Shown here piece by piece: positions 13,001 through 25,141 of a stretch of 64,000 nt of DNA. Made by a program: the position numbers and the translations under genes. The stretch covers positions 1-64,000 of the forward strand of contig CALSCO010001760.1 of NCBI GenBank assembly GCA_943704415.1, read 5' to 3'. The notes beneath the pieces were generated by a model. The model had not been told where the DNA came from, did not search any database, and was given only the letters and a program-made list of their open reading frames with translations. This stretch comes from Parvularia atlantis. Lineage: Eukaryota. The first letter of the stretch is position 1; every line of letters begins with the position of its first letter.

Positions 13001-15196
13001 TACACCGTCAAGGCGTGCGCGTGCATCCTTGACGCGATGCGCAGGCACGCCGACAGCGAGCTGCTCCAGCGCGACGCGTGCCGCGCGCTGTGCAACTTCA
13101 GCGTCGACGGTGCGTCGCGCCTTGTCGACCACTAGCCCGTGCTCACGCGCGGCCCGGGGGCAGGCGCCAACCGCTCGTGGCTCGTCCGCCCGCCCTTCTC
13201 GGCGCCTGAGTGCATCGTCAACGCCATGGTCCGCTTCTCGTCCAACGCGCAGATCCTGCCCGCGGGCATCAACGCGCTCATCTACCTGGCCTTTGACGGT
13301 GCGTGCGCGCTCGCCTTCGTACGCCGGTGCGTGCGGTGTGATGAGCGGCCACAGACGGCTCGCCGCCCGGCGCGACCCACCCAGCGCTCGACGTGCTGCT
13401 GCAGAGCATGCGCGCGTTCCCGGCCAACCAGGCGTTCCAGCAGGCCGCGTGCTCGCTGCTCGGCACGCTCGCGTTTGCGGACGGTGCGCGCTCGCGGGCA
13501 TCGCTTCGCAGGCTGAGCACGCCGCGCACAACAGGCTACCGCGCCGGCGAGATCCAGCAGCGCCTGGTCGAGCCGCCGTACATGGCGCACGAGGCCATTT
13601 TGAACGCAATGCGCGCCTTCCCGGCCGACGCGCGGCTGCAGCAGAGCGGGTGCCGCGCGCTGGCGTGTCTGGCCGGCGACGGTGCGACCGCGAGCGAGCG
13701 GACGTGCGTGAGCTGACGATCTCGCCCGCGCAGACGTGATCGAGCAGCTGCTCATGAACCCGCCGTTTTACGCGCACAAGGTCGTGCTCGAGGCCATGCG
13801 CCTCCACCCGGACAGTCCGGATGTGCAGGTTGAGGGGTGCCGCGCGCTCGAGATGTTTGCCGTGTCGGGTGCGCTGCCCGCCTTGCGCCACCGCACGTGG
13901 GGGTGAGTTCTCACACGTGCATGCGTCTGCGCAGGCGACCACGATCTGCTGCTGGTGCGACCAGAGTTCAACGCGCACCTGGCAATCCTGCAGGCGATGA
14001 CGCGGCACGTGAACGACGCCGACGTGCAGGACGAGGGCTGCATGGCGTTGGCCAACCTGACCGTGAGCGGTGCGACGCCGTGCGATGCGCCGCGTGCGTG
14101 TGGGGAGGGGGGAGGGGCTGACGTGCCTTGCGCGGGCGGCAGACGAAAACAAGCGGCTGCTCGTCAGCGCGCCCGCGCTCGCGCACGAGGCCATCCTGGA
14201 CGCGATGCGCGTGCACGCCAAGGAGCAGACGGTCCAGCGCAACGCGTGCACCGTGTTGGGCAACCTCGTGCATGAGAGTGCGTTGGGCCTCGTCGCGCCG
14301 CGCATCTGGCAGCTTACACGCTCGCGCACAGACAAGAGCAATGCGCTGCTGATTGCGGGCCTGCCGCATGTCGCGCACGACCTGATCCTGCAGGCGATGC
14401 GGCGCTTCCCGACGTACACGTTCCTGCAGGCCGCGGCGTGCCGCGCGCTGGCCGGGCTGTCGTCCGTGGACGACATCGGCCGGATGGTCCTGCGCCCGCC
14501 GTTCCTCATGCACGACGCCGTCATTGCCGCGATGCGCTCGCTGCCCGAGGACGACCAGGTGCAGCACACGGGCTGCCTGGCGCTGCGCAACTGCATCAAG
14601 AACGGTGCGCGGCGAGGCCGTGCGGTGCTGTCGCTGACACGCTCGCCGCGCACGCAGCTGACCGCGACCTGCGCAAGGACCTCGTCTCGCCGCCCATGCT
14701 CGTGCACGAGCTGATCCTGGGCGCGATGCGGCGCTACCCGGACTTTGCCGAGCTGCAGCAGGCCGGGTGCAACGCGCTGTGGATCCTGTCGCTGGCGGAC
14801 GGTACGCTTGGCGACACGGCTCCCTCCCTCGTGCGCTGACCCGCGGTCGCGCGCAGACGAGAACAAGGAGCTGCTCGTGCGCAGCCCGTACCGCGCCCAC
14901 GAGGTTGTTCTGGAGGTGATGAAGTTGCACACGGAGGACCCGGAGGTGCAGCGGTGCGCGTTCAACGTGCTCGCCGCCCTGGCGTCGCTCGGTGCGCGCC
15001 CGGCTGCTCGCTCGCGCGACGGCCGGCTGACGCGGCGCGCGCACGCACAGCGGGGAACCGCCGGCTGCTCACGACCGAGCCGCACAAGGCGCAGCAAGTG
15101 GTGCTCGAGGCGATGCGGCGACACGCCAACAACCATGCCGTGCAGGACCGGGGCATCGCGGCGCTGCGCAACCTCGGCGTTGCCATCGGCTCATAG
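9674..15196 (+). CDS. C3HC4 RING finger + acidic region + long ARM-like repeat array (putative E3 ligase); start approximate
   Basis: CPRC..LPCGHTYCREC..CPAC at ~10140-10275; D/E tract ~11040-11330; ~16 repeats of HEAILxAMRxF/H..VQxxGCxALxNL. Confidence 0.8.
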
Positions 15197-15408
15197 CACA
15201 TCTCTTCTTCTGGTCTCCCACACTGTGTCCCATCTCCCCGTCTTTCACCCCTCCCGCCTTCGCGCTCATTTTTCTCCCCTTTCCCTCCATGCAAGCGAGC
15301 ATTTGCACCGCTGCTCACCTTCCCTCCGTGTGTCCCTCCACTGTCCCCGTGGGACTGCCGAAAAGCTCGCCTAGGGTCAACAACAAACAAACATTCGCCC
15401 GCCCCCGC

Positions 15409-17496
15409 TCAAAAGAACTCGGTGCGCATGTTGAGGCACGCGGCCGAGCCCACGCCGGCCGCGGTCAGCTCGTTCATGGTCACGAGCAGCTGGCGCATAA
15501 GCTTTTCGAGTGGCGGGATGGGTGGGCTGCGTTGGTAGACTGCGGATGCACTCGTTGCATCAGAAACGCAAACAGTGAGCACACGACAAACGCACCGAGG
15601 ATCGCGCTGTTGAGCGCGTTGGCCACGGCCTCGCGCCCGCTCGCGTCGAGCAGGTGTGCGACGGGCGACTTGGCCGGGTCGTGGTAGGCCAGCAGCGAGA
15701 AGGTTTCCTGCGGCGCGCGAACGTCAGCCTACACGCACAGCGTGGCCACTGGCGCACCTCGAGCTTGACCATGTCGGCTTCGTTCAGTCGCCCGGCGTAG
15801 CTCTGCTGCAGCTGCTGCCCATAGGCGATCGTGCTGACGATCCAGTTGTCCTGGCAGCGCGAGCTGCATCAGCCAGAGCGCGCGCGTGCAACCAAGGCCC
15901 GCGGCGCACGTTGGCCTCCATCGATTCGCTCCCGCGCCGCACCATCTCGACAAACTTGCGGCACTTGAGCTGGAAGAGTATGCTGCGCGCGGGGCGTGAG
16001 GGCGGCGGCGCACACGAGCGGCACGGGCGACGCACGAGGGGTTGCGCGAGAGCACGGTGGGGCACAGCCGCTCGGCCTGCTCCATGGCCTCGTCGACGTC
16101 GCCCTCGAGCAGCGTCTCACGAATGCCTGGGCGTGCGCACATCGGCCTTTATGCAGGGCAACGTGCGCCGGCGGAAGACGCACGTTGCCGCTCCTTGATC
16201 GACGAGAGCTGCTGCGTGAGCGTTGCGAAGAGCGCGCTCTGGTCCGGCGTGGCCGTGCCGTCGGGCGACTGGATCAGGCCCGACGTGGATGCTGAGCGGC
16301 GCTGAGCGGCGCTGCGTGCATACGCGCGTGCGAGGGGGGCGCGCACCGAGCGACTGCGCCGTGGCCGCGTAGCCGTGGTGCACGAGGTACGACAGCACCA
16401 GCGCGTTGAGCACGCTGTAGCCGCCGGCGGGCGAGAGGTCGGTCTGGGCGATGCTGTTGCGCAGGCGCGCGCGCTCCTCCTGCGCTGCGGGTGAGCGCAT
16501 GCGCCACACGGCCGCGATGCGAAGCGCGCCGCACCCGCATCAGCGACTCGATGTCGAACCGGAACGGCTTTTGACCAAAATTGGCCTGGAGAATCTCGCC
16601 GGGTGTCCGGAGGCCAACGGTCGGGTAGAACGTGCCCTTGAGGTCGCGGAAGGCGACGCCTGCGCCACGCGATGGGTTAGCGGCGCCCAACGACGACCAG
16701 GCGTCGCGCACCGAGGAAGCTGCCATTCTTGGTGAAAAAGACCGAGTTGTCGATAAAGTTGAAGCCGCAGCCGACGACGTCGCCCGTGGTGAACGTGGGC
16801 CCGTACGGCTTGCCCGAGCCGCTCTGGCAGAACGAGTGGCCGTCGTCGGCGTGGTAGCCGTACGAGTTGGTCTCCCAGCCGGGCAGCCTGTTGAGTGCGA
16901 CGGTCTCCCACGAGAGGCCGATGCCCATGTATCTGCGGATGCAACGCGGATGATGCGCGGATGATGCACGAGCCGACCGTCAGCGCACTCACTGCGCACA
17001 CGCGCCGCACAACGCACCCGTCCCGACCCTTGCTCACGACCTCGACCTCCCAGTAGTACACGCCGCAGACCGAGGGGATCGGGCAGTTTGCGCGCACGGC
17101 GCACGCGTCGACGTCGTGCTTGCCGGCGCCCTGCCGTCCGCGCCCGCGCTCAGGCCCCTTCGCCGCCGCGACCACCAGCAACACCACAGCGCACGCGCCG
17201 CACCTTGTACTGCACCTGAAGATTGTTGTGGCTGAGCTCGACCTGCGCGTTCTTCTCCTGGCGGCGCGCCGTCGCGTGTCGTCAGCAGCGGCGCGCACGC
17301 GACGACCGCGCCCGCGGCACCTTGCTGTTCCACGCCGACGGCAGCGCGACACTACCCGGCTCGAGGTGCGCGAGGTACGGTGGCAGCTGCGGCGGCGTGC
17401 AGGCCGCGCGGGCGGGCGACGTGAGCGGGATATGAGAGAGAGAGAGAGAGAGAGAGAGACGACACGAGCGACGCGCCGCCACACCTTGTCCGTCAT
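15409..17496 (-). CDS. RANBP9: Ran-binding protein 9/10 (SPRY-LisH-CTLH-CRA; GID/CTLH complex)
   Basis: [92 protein letters not shown]. Confidence 0.92.
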
Positions 17497-17564
17497 CGGC
17501 TTGTCTTCGCTGTCACACTCCTGTGCGAAACATTAGCTCAACCCGCGCTGGACGCACGGCGGCA

Positions 17565-17846
17565 ATGGCCCTCAATCAGTCCAAGGTGCTGATGCGGCAG
17601 CACGCGACGCGCTGCGCCGACCTCGCGGAGCTACACGGCGGGCTCGGCGCGGTCGGCGGCGGCGCGCTCGGCTACACCCTCGGCGCCATCTACTACCCGG
17701 CCATCTACACGCCCCGGCGCATCGCCCGCAGCGTCCTGCTCGGCGTCGTGCTCGGCTCTGCCACGCTCGCGCTGTACACGCAGCTGTTCGAGACCGCGTG
17801 CACGAGCGTCAACCGCGAGTTTTACGGCGACAGGCGGCCCGTCTGA
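17565..17846 (+). CDS. Small (93 aa) intronless protein with two Gly-rich hydrophobic helices
   Basis: Fills the gap between neighbours; GC3-rich codons; GGLGAVGGGALGYTLG and VLLGVVLGSATLAL segments. Confidence 0.55.
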   Translation: MALNQSKVLMRQHATRCADLAELHGGLGAVGGGALGYTLGAIYYPAIYTPRRIARSVLLGVVLGSATLALYTQLFETACTSVNREFYGDRRPV

Positions 17847-17952
17847 TCGGCGCGGTCGCGAGGCAATCGGCGGCCCGCAGCTGCAACTGTGCAAAGTGTA
17901 CCACCATCTCACGCATGCACGCAGCAACAAGTTCTCTTCCCACAACAGCACA

Positions 17953-20215
17953 TCAGTCGTCGTCCTCCTCCTCCTCCGCCGCCGCCGCCAGGTCGTAGTC
18001 CGGGTTGGCGTCCTTGTCCTCGTCGGCGTCGAGCTCCATCGCAAACTCGACCGCGCCCGCGACCTTGGCGCCCGCGCTGCCCGCCGGCACGGCGATCGCG
18101 AACGCGTCCGACGGCGGGCTGAGCATGTCGGTGCGCACGGTGTAGTGCAGCGCCTGCGACGCCGGCCGTCAGTGCCGGGCGACGCAGCCGAGCACACCCA
18201 ACGTACCTTGTCCTGCACGGCCTGGAGGCTGTCGACGAAGCGGTCGGTCAGCTCGACCTTGTCATCCCGCAGCTCCTGCATACGCCGCTCGACCGCGTCC
18301 TCGCCCTGGAGCAGGTACACGTACGCCTTGGTGTGCTCCGAGTGTAGGCGCACGATGCGGTCCATCGCCTGCTCTTCCTTCGAGCCGTTGAACCTGCGCC
18401 GCGCACGCGCAGTCAGCACGGGGGCGCACGGGCGCGAACAAAAAGAGCGCACCAGCGGTCGACGATGAACATGATGTTGGCGTTCTGCAGGTTGATGCCC
18501 GCGCCGCCGGCCTGGAACGCGAGCAGGAGCACCTGCGTCGTGCGGTCCTGGAACGCGCGGATCTCGTCGTCGCCGCGCTTGCCGGCGTACTCGGCGCCGT
18601 CGCGCCGGCTGAAGGCGATGCCGTCCTCCTTGAGCTGGGCCGCGAAGGCGTTGAGCACCTGCTGGAACGCACACATGATGACGATCTGCGGCTTGCGGCT
18701 CGCGTTCCACATGATCGGCAGCAGCGTCGACGGCTGTGCCGGGCTGTAGCCCTTGGGCAGACGCGGCGTGCCGAGGTCCGGCAGGGCCACGACCTCCTCC
18801 GTCAGGCCCCCCTCGAGGATGACCTTGCGCACGCGCCACATGACCGCCTGGACCTTGGTGAGCACGGGCTTGAGCAGCTCGTCCGGGTTGCTATGGCGGC
18901 TCTTGGGCAGCGCGCCCGACACGGCCATGCGCGCGGCGGTCATGCGCGCAAGCGGGTGGTTGCTGCTGGTCTCGGCGATCGCGCTGAGACGGGCCTGGTC
19001 AAGCTGTCCGTACGCGATGGGCATATGCAGGACGACCTTCTCGGGCAAGTTGGCGTTCTCGACGCTGGCCTTGGCATGGCGGATGATCGTGAGCTTGAGC
19101 GCGGTCATCTCGACGTCGTCGCCCGTGGCGGGCTTGCCGACCGCCTCGGCGAAGACGTGCACGTCGAAGCGCAAAATGTCCCACAGGCTGTGGATGTCCT
19201 TGACGCCGTTCTCGAGCGGGGTGCCAGTGACGCACCAGCGCACGCGCGCGCGCAGGCCGGCGCAGGCCTGGTGCGACTGGGACTTGGGGTTCTTGACGCT
19301 GTGGGCCTCGTCGAGCACGACGCGGTGCCAGGGCAGGGGGGTGAGCGTGGCGCGCGACTTGGGCGAGATGAGCGTGTAGTAGGTGGTGAAGACGACGCCG
19401 TTGGCCGGCTGCGCGTTGAGGTGCTTGGGCTTCTTGTTGCCGTGGAACTTGATCTGGGCAAACGTGCCTGGCTCAAAGAACTTGTCGATGTCGCGCTGCC
19501 AGCCCGTGATCAGGTTCTCGCTCTTGAGCACGACGAGGGTGCCGCCGGGGCGGCGGAGCATGCGCATGACGCAGAGCGTCGAGAGGGTCTTGCCGAGGCC
19601 CATCGAGTCGGCAAGGATGCCGCCGCTGCAGATGTGGCCGGGCAGCTCATTGCGCAGCATCAGCCGCACCGTGTCGCGCTGCACGTTGGTCAGCTTGACG
19701 TCCTTGGCCAGGCCGCCGTGCTTGTGCAGGTACGCCTCGATCGCGTCCTCGACCGCGCGCTCGGTCGGCGCGTCCGACAGCGCCTTGCCGTTGCGCAGCG
19801 TCGTCGCGGTCGGCCCGGCCACGAGGCGCAGCACCGCGTCCAGCGCGGCGTCGCCCGAGTTGAACAAGTCGTGGCCGTCCTCGCCCTCTGCCGCCTTGCC
19901 CGCAGCCTTGCCCGCGGCCGCGTCGTCAAAGAGCTGGCGCTGCGTGGCCGTCGGGGCGGGCCTTGTGGCGGGCGACGACGGGGCCGATGGGCGCACGGGC
20001 GACGTGGCGGGCGACGGGGCCGGCGAGGCGAGGCCGTACGTCGTCGTGCTGCTGCTGCTCGTCGTCTGCCGCGCACGCCACTCGCGCACGATGTCGTTGT
20101 AGATGTCGTTCTTGGTGCGGCTGCCTGCGCCGCCCACATTCTTCTTCACGGGCAAGCCGTGCTGGTCGATGAACCTCTTAAGCTCGTCGAGCGAGCTGGT
20201 CGCGGTCACGTTCAT
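17953..20215 (-). CDS. SNF2-family helicase/ATPase (Rad5/16-like core, no RING seen)
   Basis: GGILADSMGLGKT, WHRVVLDEAH, RWCVTGTPLEN, AGGAGINLQNAN..DRWFN..EEQAMDRIVRL; only 2 introns, both near the 3' end. Confidence 0.9.
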
Positions 20216-20419
20216 GGCGCGCGGCTGGGGAAGACGGCGCGCGGCAGAGGAAGACGGCGCGAGAGGAAGATGGCGCGAGAGGAAATCGTTGGTCCGTCAC
20301 GCGGCCGCGCCGTTGGCAAGCACAACAACACAGTAACTTGATGCTTGTTACACAGGCTGGGCCCGTCACGCGACACTTGCTTTGTTTTGCTTCAAAGTTT
20401 CTTGCGCGTGGACCACACG

Positions 20420-21094
20420 ATGCTGCCGCGCGTCTGCTCGCTCGCCCTCGCCCTCGCCCTCGTCGCCCTCGCCGCCTCGGCGCGCGCGGTCGGTGCCGGC
20501 TTCGCCATCTCGGGCCCCGCCTTCGCCGCGCGCGCGGGCGCCGACGTGAGCCAGGACAACGTCGCGCCGGTCCACGCCAGCGACGAGAACGCGGCCAACG
20601 TGGTCGCCTGCTCGCTCACCGCCAACCCGTGGCGCAGTGTCTACTCGCTTTGCAGCGGCGACACCTGTCTGGCCATCACCGAGACGTTCCAGTTCTACGA
20701 CAATCTGTCGTTCGAACTCGACATTTATGCCTCCTTTTCGAGCAACACGGGTGGCCAGTCGTGCTCGTCCAACACGGTGTACCAGTCGGGCACGTACACG
20801 TTCTTCCCTCCGACTCTGAACGTCAACCTCCAGAGCTGCTACGTCTCGGGCGCTGGCTGTATCACTTGCGGGCAGCTGAGCTCCTATTCAGCGATCACCA
20901 ACTTTGCGCCGGACTGCAGCTACGTGAGCGTCAGCATCCAAGGCAGCTCGCCGGTCATCTACTACGCGACCTCGAGCGGTCTGTCTGGCGGCGCCATCGC
21001 GGGAATCATCATCGGTGTGCTCGTGGGGGTCGGCATTCTTGTCGCGGTGGTTCTGGTGGCGCGCAAGCGCGCCGCGTACCAGCCGCTGGCCTGA
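20420..21094 (+). CDS. Intronless single-pass membrane protein with Cys-containing lumenal domain and YQPL tail
   Basis: Signal peptide, several Cys, GLSGGAIAGIIIGVLVGVGILVAVVLV TM, RKRAAYQPLA*. Confidence 0.8.
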   Translation: MLPRVCSLALALALVALAASARAVGAGFAISGPAFAARAGADVSQDNVAPVHASDENAANVVACSLTANPWRSVYSLCSGDTCLAITETFQFYDNLSFELDIYASFSSNTGGQSCSSNTVYQSGTYTFFPPTLNVNLQSCYVSGAGCITCGQLSSYSAITNFAPDCSYVSVSIQGSSPVIYYATSSGLSGGAIAGIIIGVLVGVGILVAVVLVARKRAAYQPLA

Positions 21095-21397
21095 GCTCGA
21101 CCTCCGAGTCACTCCGAGTCACCGCCGGCCTGCTGCTGGCAGCGCTGGCGTGCATGCTGCCGTGCATGCGTATAAGAAAGCCTTTGCTTGAGCTGTTCTG
21201 TGTCTTGTCGTGTTTCCCAACAATCATACAAACCAACCCTCTAGCCCTTTGCAGGCCCAGCGCGCAGCGTGCACAATACGCACTCACAGCCGCCACGTGC
21301 AAGCTGAGGCGACGATGGTGCGCTCCGACGACACACAATCAAGGCGTAAGTCACACAGCCGCAGCAGCACAGCCGCAGCACGGCAGCAGGGGCAGCG

Positions 21398-22145
21398 TCA
21401 CTTGATGTCGTTGAGAAAGTCAAACAGGTTCGTGGCCTTCTTGAGCCCCTCCACGGCCTGCGCGTCCGGCTCATACGGCTTCCAGTTCTTGGCGGCTGAT
21501 GCGCGTGCGCGCGCGTGCGGCGTGCGGCGTGCGCCATGGGTGAGCGATGCGGTTGGATGCGCGGCGGGCGAGGGGGGGCCAGTGAGCGCACTGTCGGCGG
21601 CCTCGAGCATGCGCAGGTCGCGGTCCAGCCGCGCGAGCTCGGCGATGGTCTTCGGGTCCTGCGGCGTGACGCACGTTTGAGCCACATGCACACGACCGCG
21701 ACCTCGACCGCGACCGCGACCGCGCATGCACCTTCTTGCGCCGCTCCTGCTCGGCCAGCTCCTCCGCCGTCGGCACCTTGCGCGCCACGCCCGTCAGCTT
21801 CTGCGCGAGGTGCGCGTCCTGCTTGACGGCCGTGGCCGTCACGACCGGCGTCTCGTCCGTCGGGCCGAGTTTGCTGCGCGCGCCGCCACCACCACCACCA
21901 CCACCACCACCGCGTCAGCTGTCCCACGCCTCGCGCCTCGCGCCGCGCGCCGTGCAGCACCTGCGGTCCGTGACCTTGACGGCCGAGGCAGGCATGCTCT
22001 CGAGCGCGGCCATGTGCGCCATCGTGCCGGGCGCGGCGAAGTGGGCGATGGGCGGGGCCGCCGCCGCCGCCGCCGCCACTGCAGCAACGGCCTTGCGCCC
22101 GGCCGCGGGCGTCGTCGTGGGCGTCGCGCCGTCGTCGCTGTCCAT
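21398..22145 (-). CDS. Hypothetical protein (4 exons)
   Basis: Coherent spliced frame MDSDDGATP...EELAEQERRKK|DPKTIAELARLDRDL...NLFDFLNDIK* with canonical introns. Confidence 0.6.
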
Positions 22146-22244
22146 GGTGCACGCAGGCGAGGAACTCTGGAGCAGACTCGGAACGTAAACAAGCCGGTTT
22201 CGTTTCAACGCCGTCGCGAGTCCGTTTCACAACGCCCAACTCGG

Positions 22245-24318
22245 ATGGCCGAGGCGCAGGACGCGATCGTCGTGCGCGTCGAGGCGCCGTTCCTCGACCT
22301 GAAAAAGTCGGTGCGGCTGCAGCGCGGCGCGACGGTGGGCGCGACGGTCGCCGTGCTGTGCGAGAAGGTGTGTGCGCCGCCGCCGCCCTGTGTCGCTTCT
22401 CACGCCGCGCAGGTCAACGCGCCGCCGACGCAGCAGTACGCGCTCTACGTCCCGGCCGACGCGGCGGCCGCGGCGCGCGCCGGGCGCACGGTGACGGCGG
22501 CGGGCGGCGCCGGGTGGCTGGACGCGGGGCGGACACTGGCGAGCTGCAACGTGAAGCAGGACGTGCGTCCGTCGTCGTCGCCCTCTGTTGTTGTCGACGG
22601 GCGGCGCTCACGACGCGCGCGTCGCCAGGACGTCGTCTACCTCAAGCGCGTGCCGGCGAGCGTCACCGTCGTCCTGCCCGACGGCGAGACGCGGCAGACG
22701 TTCGCCGTCGACCTGCACGCGCTCGTCGGCGACGTCGTCCGCGACCTCTGCGCCGACCTCGACGTCAAGCGCCCGCCCGAGGAGTTCTCGCTCGAGGGCG
22801 CGACGGACGGTGCCGCGACCGCCGCGCACGCTGCCCGCGCGCTGATCGTCCTCCCGCCGCGTGCGCCGCCGCAGTGCTCAACCGCGACGCGTCGCTCTAC
22901 GCCCAGGGCATCCGCGACGGCGGCACGTGCGCGCTGCGCCCGCGCAAGCACAACGCCAACTCGGCCGCGACCTTTGCGCGCAACGTCGGCGGGTTCATCC
23001 GCCAGAACGTGGCGCCGACGGTCGACCTGATCAAGGGCAAGGCCGCCAACATCGACTTTTTCGCCGCCGTGCGCAAGAACTCTGGTCTGCGCGCTGCTCG
23101 TTGGTGGAGCCGCCTACTCACGACGACGCGCAGTCACGCCGGCCGTTGCAGAGTCGTACGCGCGCGCCGAGGGCAGCAGCGCGTCGGCACCGACCGCACC
23201 AGGCGCAGCCGCCGCAGCAGCGGCACCGCCCGCCGCGCGCCTGTTTGGCGTGCCGCTCGAGCAGGGCGTCAAAGTCGGGTCAAACGCGTACGAGATCCCG
23301 CTCGTCATCGAGCGCGTGATCCAGTTTGTCGAGGCGCACCGTGTGCCGCCCGTCCCACCACCCCCGCCGGCGCGCGCGCTTACGGGTTACCGCGCACGCG
23401 CACAGACATGGACACCGAGGGCATCTTCCGCCTCTCGGGCGGGACGGGCGCGGTCACCCAGCTGCGCGAGCGCTTCAGCCGAGGTCTGCTGCGGCCCGTC
23501 TGCGCTGCACGCTCACGCGGTTCGGCGCGGCAGGCGAGGACGTCGACCTGACGACGCTGACGGACCCGCACGCGGCCACGGGCGTGCTCAAGATGTACCT
23601 GCGCGAGCTGCCCGAGCCGCTGCTCACATTCGACCGCTTCGAGCTCTTTGCGGGCATCGCGACGCGTGCGCCTGCACGCCTCGCACCCGCTCGTGCTCAC
23701 GCGGGCCGCAGCGCGCGCGACCGAGAGCGACATGCGGCACCGCTACTACCGCGCGATCGTGCGAACGCTGCCGCGGCCAAACTACGTCATGCTCAAGCGC
23801 CTCATGGGCTTCCTCTTGCGTGTGTCGGAGCACAAGGCCAGCAACAAGATGGGCTCGGTGGTGCGTTTGCCGCGGCTGTGCTCAGGCGCCCCGCGCATTG
23901 CTCACACTGTCACGCCAGAATCTTGCGACCGTCTTCGGGCCCAACCTGCTGCGCGAGCGCAACGAGTCGGCGCTGCAGGCTGTCGAGAACACGGGCCTGG
24001 TGGCGCAGGTGGTCGACGACCTGATCAACCACTACACCAAGATCTTCGAGGTGCGCGGCCGCGGGGCTCATGCTCGCACGGCTGCTGAGCAGTGCGTGCG
24101 TCGCAGCACACGGGCAAGGAGACCAAGTTCACGCACTTTGTGCGCACGCTCTACGCCTTCGCGGCCAACTCGCCCGCCGAGCTCTCGTTTGGCGAGAACA
24201 TGATCATCTGCGTGACCAACTCGGACGCGACCGACGGCTGGTGGGAGGGCGAGCTGCAGGGCGTGGGGGGCCTCTTCCCGGAGAACCACGTCAAGGTGCG
24301 CTCTTTCGCGCGCACACA

Positions 24319-24417
<99 letters not shown>

Positions 24418-25039
24418 GGGTGCTCAGCCTGCGTGCAGATCCTCATGGACCTGCGCGAAATGGAGTTCAGCGACGACATCTCGGCGGCCTCGCGCGTGCT
24501 GCGCGACGAGCTGCAAGAAGTGCAGGTGCGCGCGCCGCCGCGATTATGCCGCCGTGATTTCGCCCCGTGTCGTGCCGCTCAGCAAACATGCGCGCGGCCA
24601 GAAACTGCTCAAGGAGGACCAGCGCCGGCGCAAGGAGACCGAGGACCAGGTCATCGCGCTCGTCGTGCGCTTCCAGGCGCTTGAGCAGCGCCTGGTCGTG
24701 GCCGAGGCGATGTTCCACCAGCTGAGCAAGACCCGCGCCGCCGGTGCTGCCGCCAGCGACGTACCCGAGCCCGACACGACGCTCCAGCCAGCGACCGCAC
24801 AGCCGCCGAGCAGTCAGCCAGCCAGCAGTCAGCCGCCAAAATCGCTTACGAATCTGCCCATGCCGCCACCTGCGTCGGCGCCGAGCAAACCGAGCAAGCC
24901 GGGCGCGCCGCCGGCGATCTCGACGGCCGTGGACGCGGCGGCAACGCGCGCAGCGGCGACGCCCAAGCGGCTCTCGGCCGGGTCGCAGGCCCTCGAGAGC
25001 ATGTTTGACGAGCTGCAGGCGACGCTCGACACGCTGTAA
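22245..25039 (+). CDS. RhoGAP with N-terminal talin F0/F1-like ubiquitin folds, SH3 and coiled coil
   Basis: LFGVPLE, EGIFRLSG (Arg finger), LKMYLRELPEPLL, NKMGSVNLATVFGPNL; SH3 LYAFAANSPAELSF..DGWWEG..GLFPENHV. Confidence 0.9.
24313..24415. repeat. (CA)n microsatellite in RhoGAP intron
   Basis: ~50 CA units with one TA interruption. Confidence 0.98.
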
Positions 25040-25141
25040 GCATCACTTCTGGGTTTTTTTTTTTTGCTTTCATTCATGAGATGCTACGGCTGCCGCTGCG
25101 GACTTTGCGAGCATGTACGTAGAAGACACAACGAATTTCGC

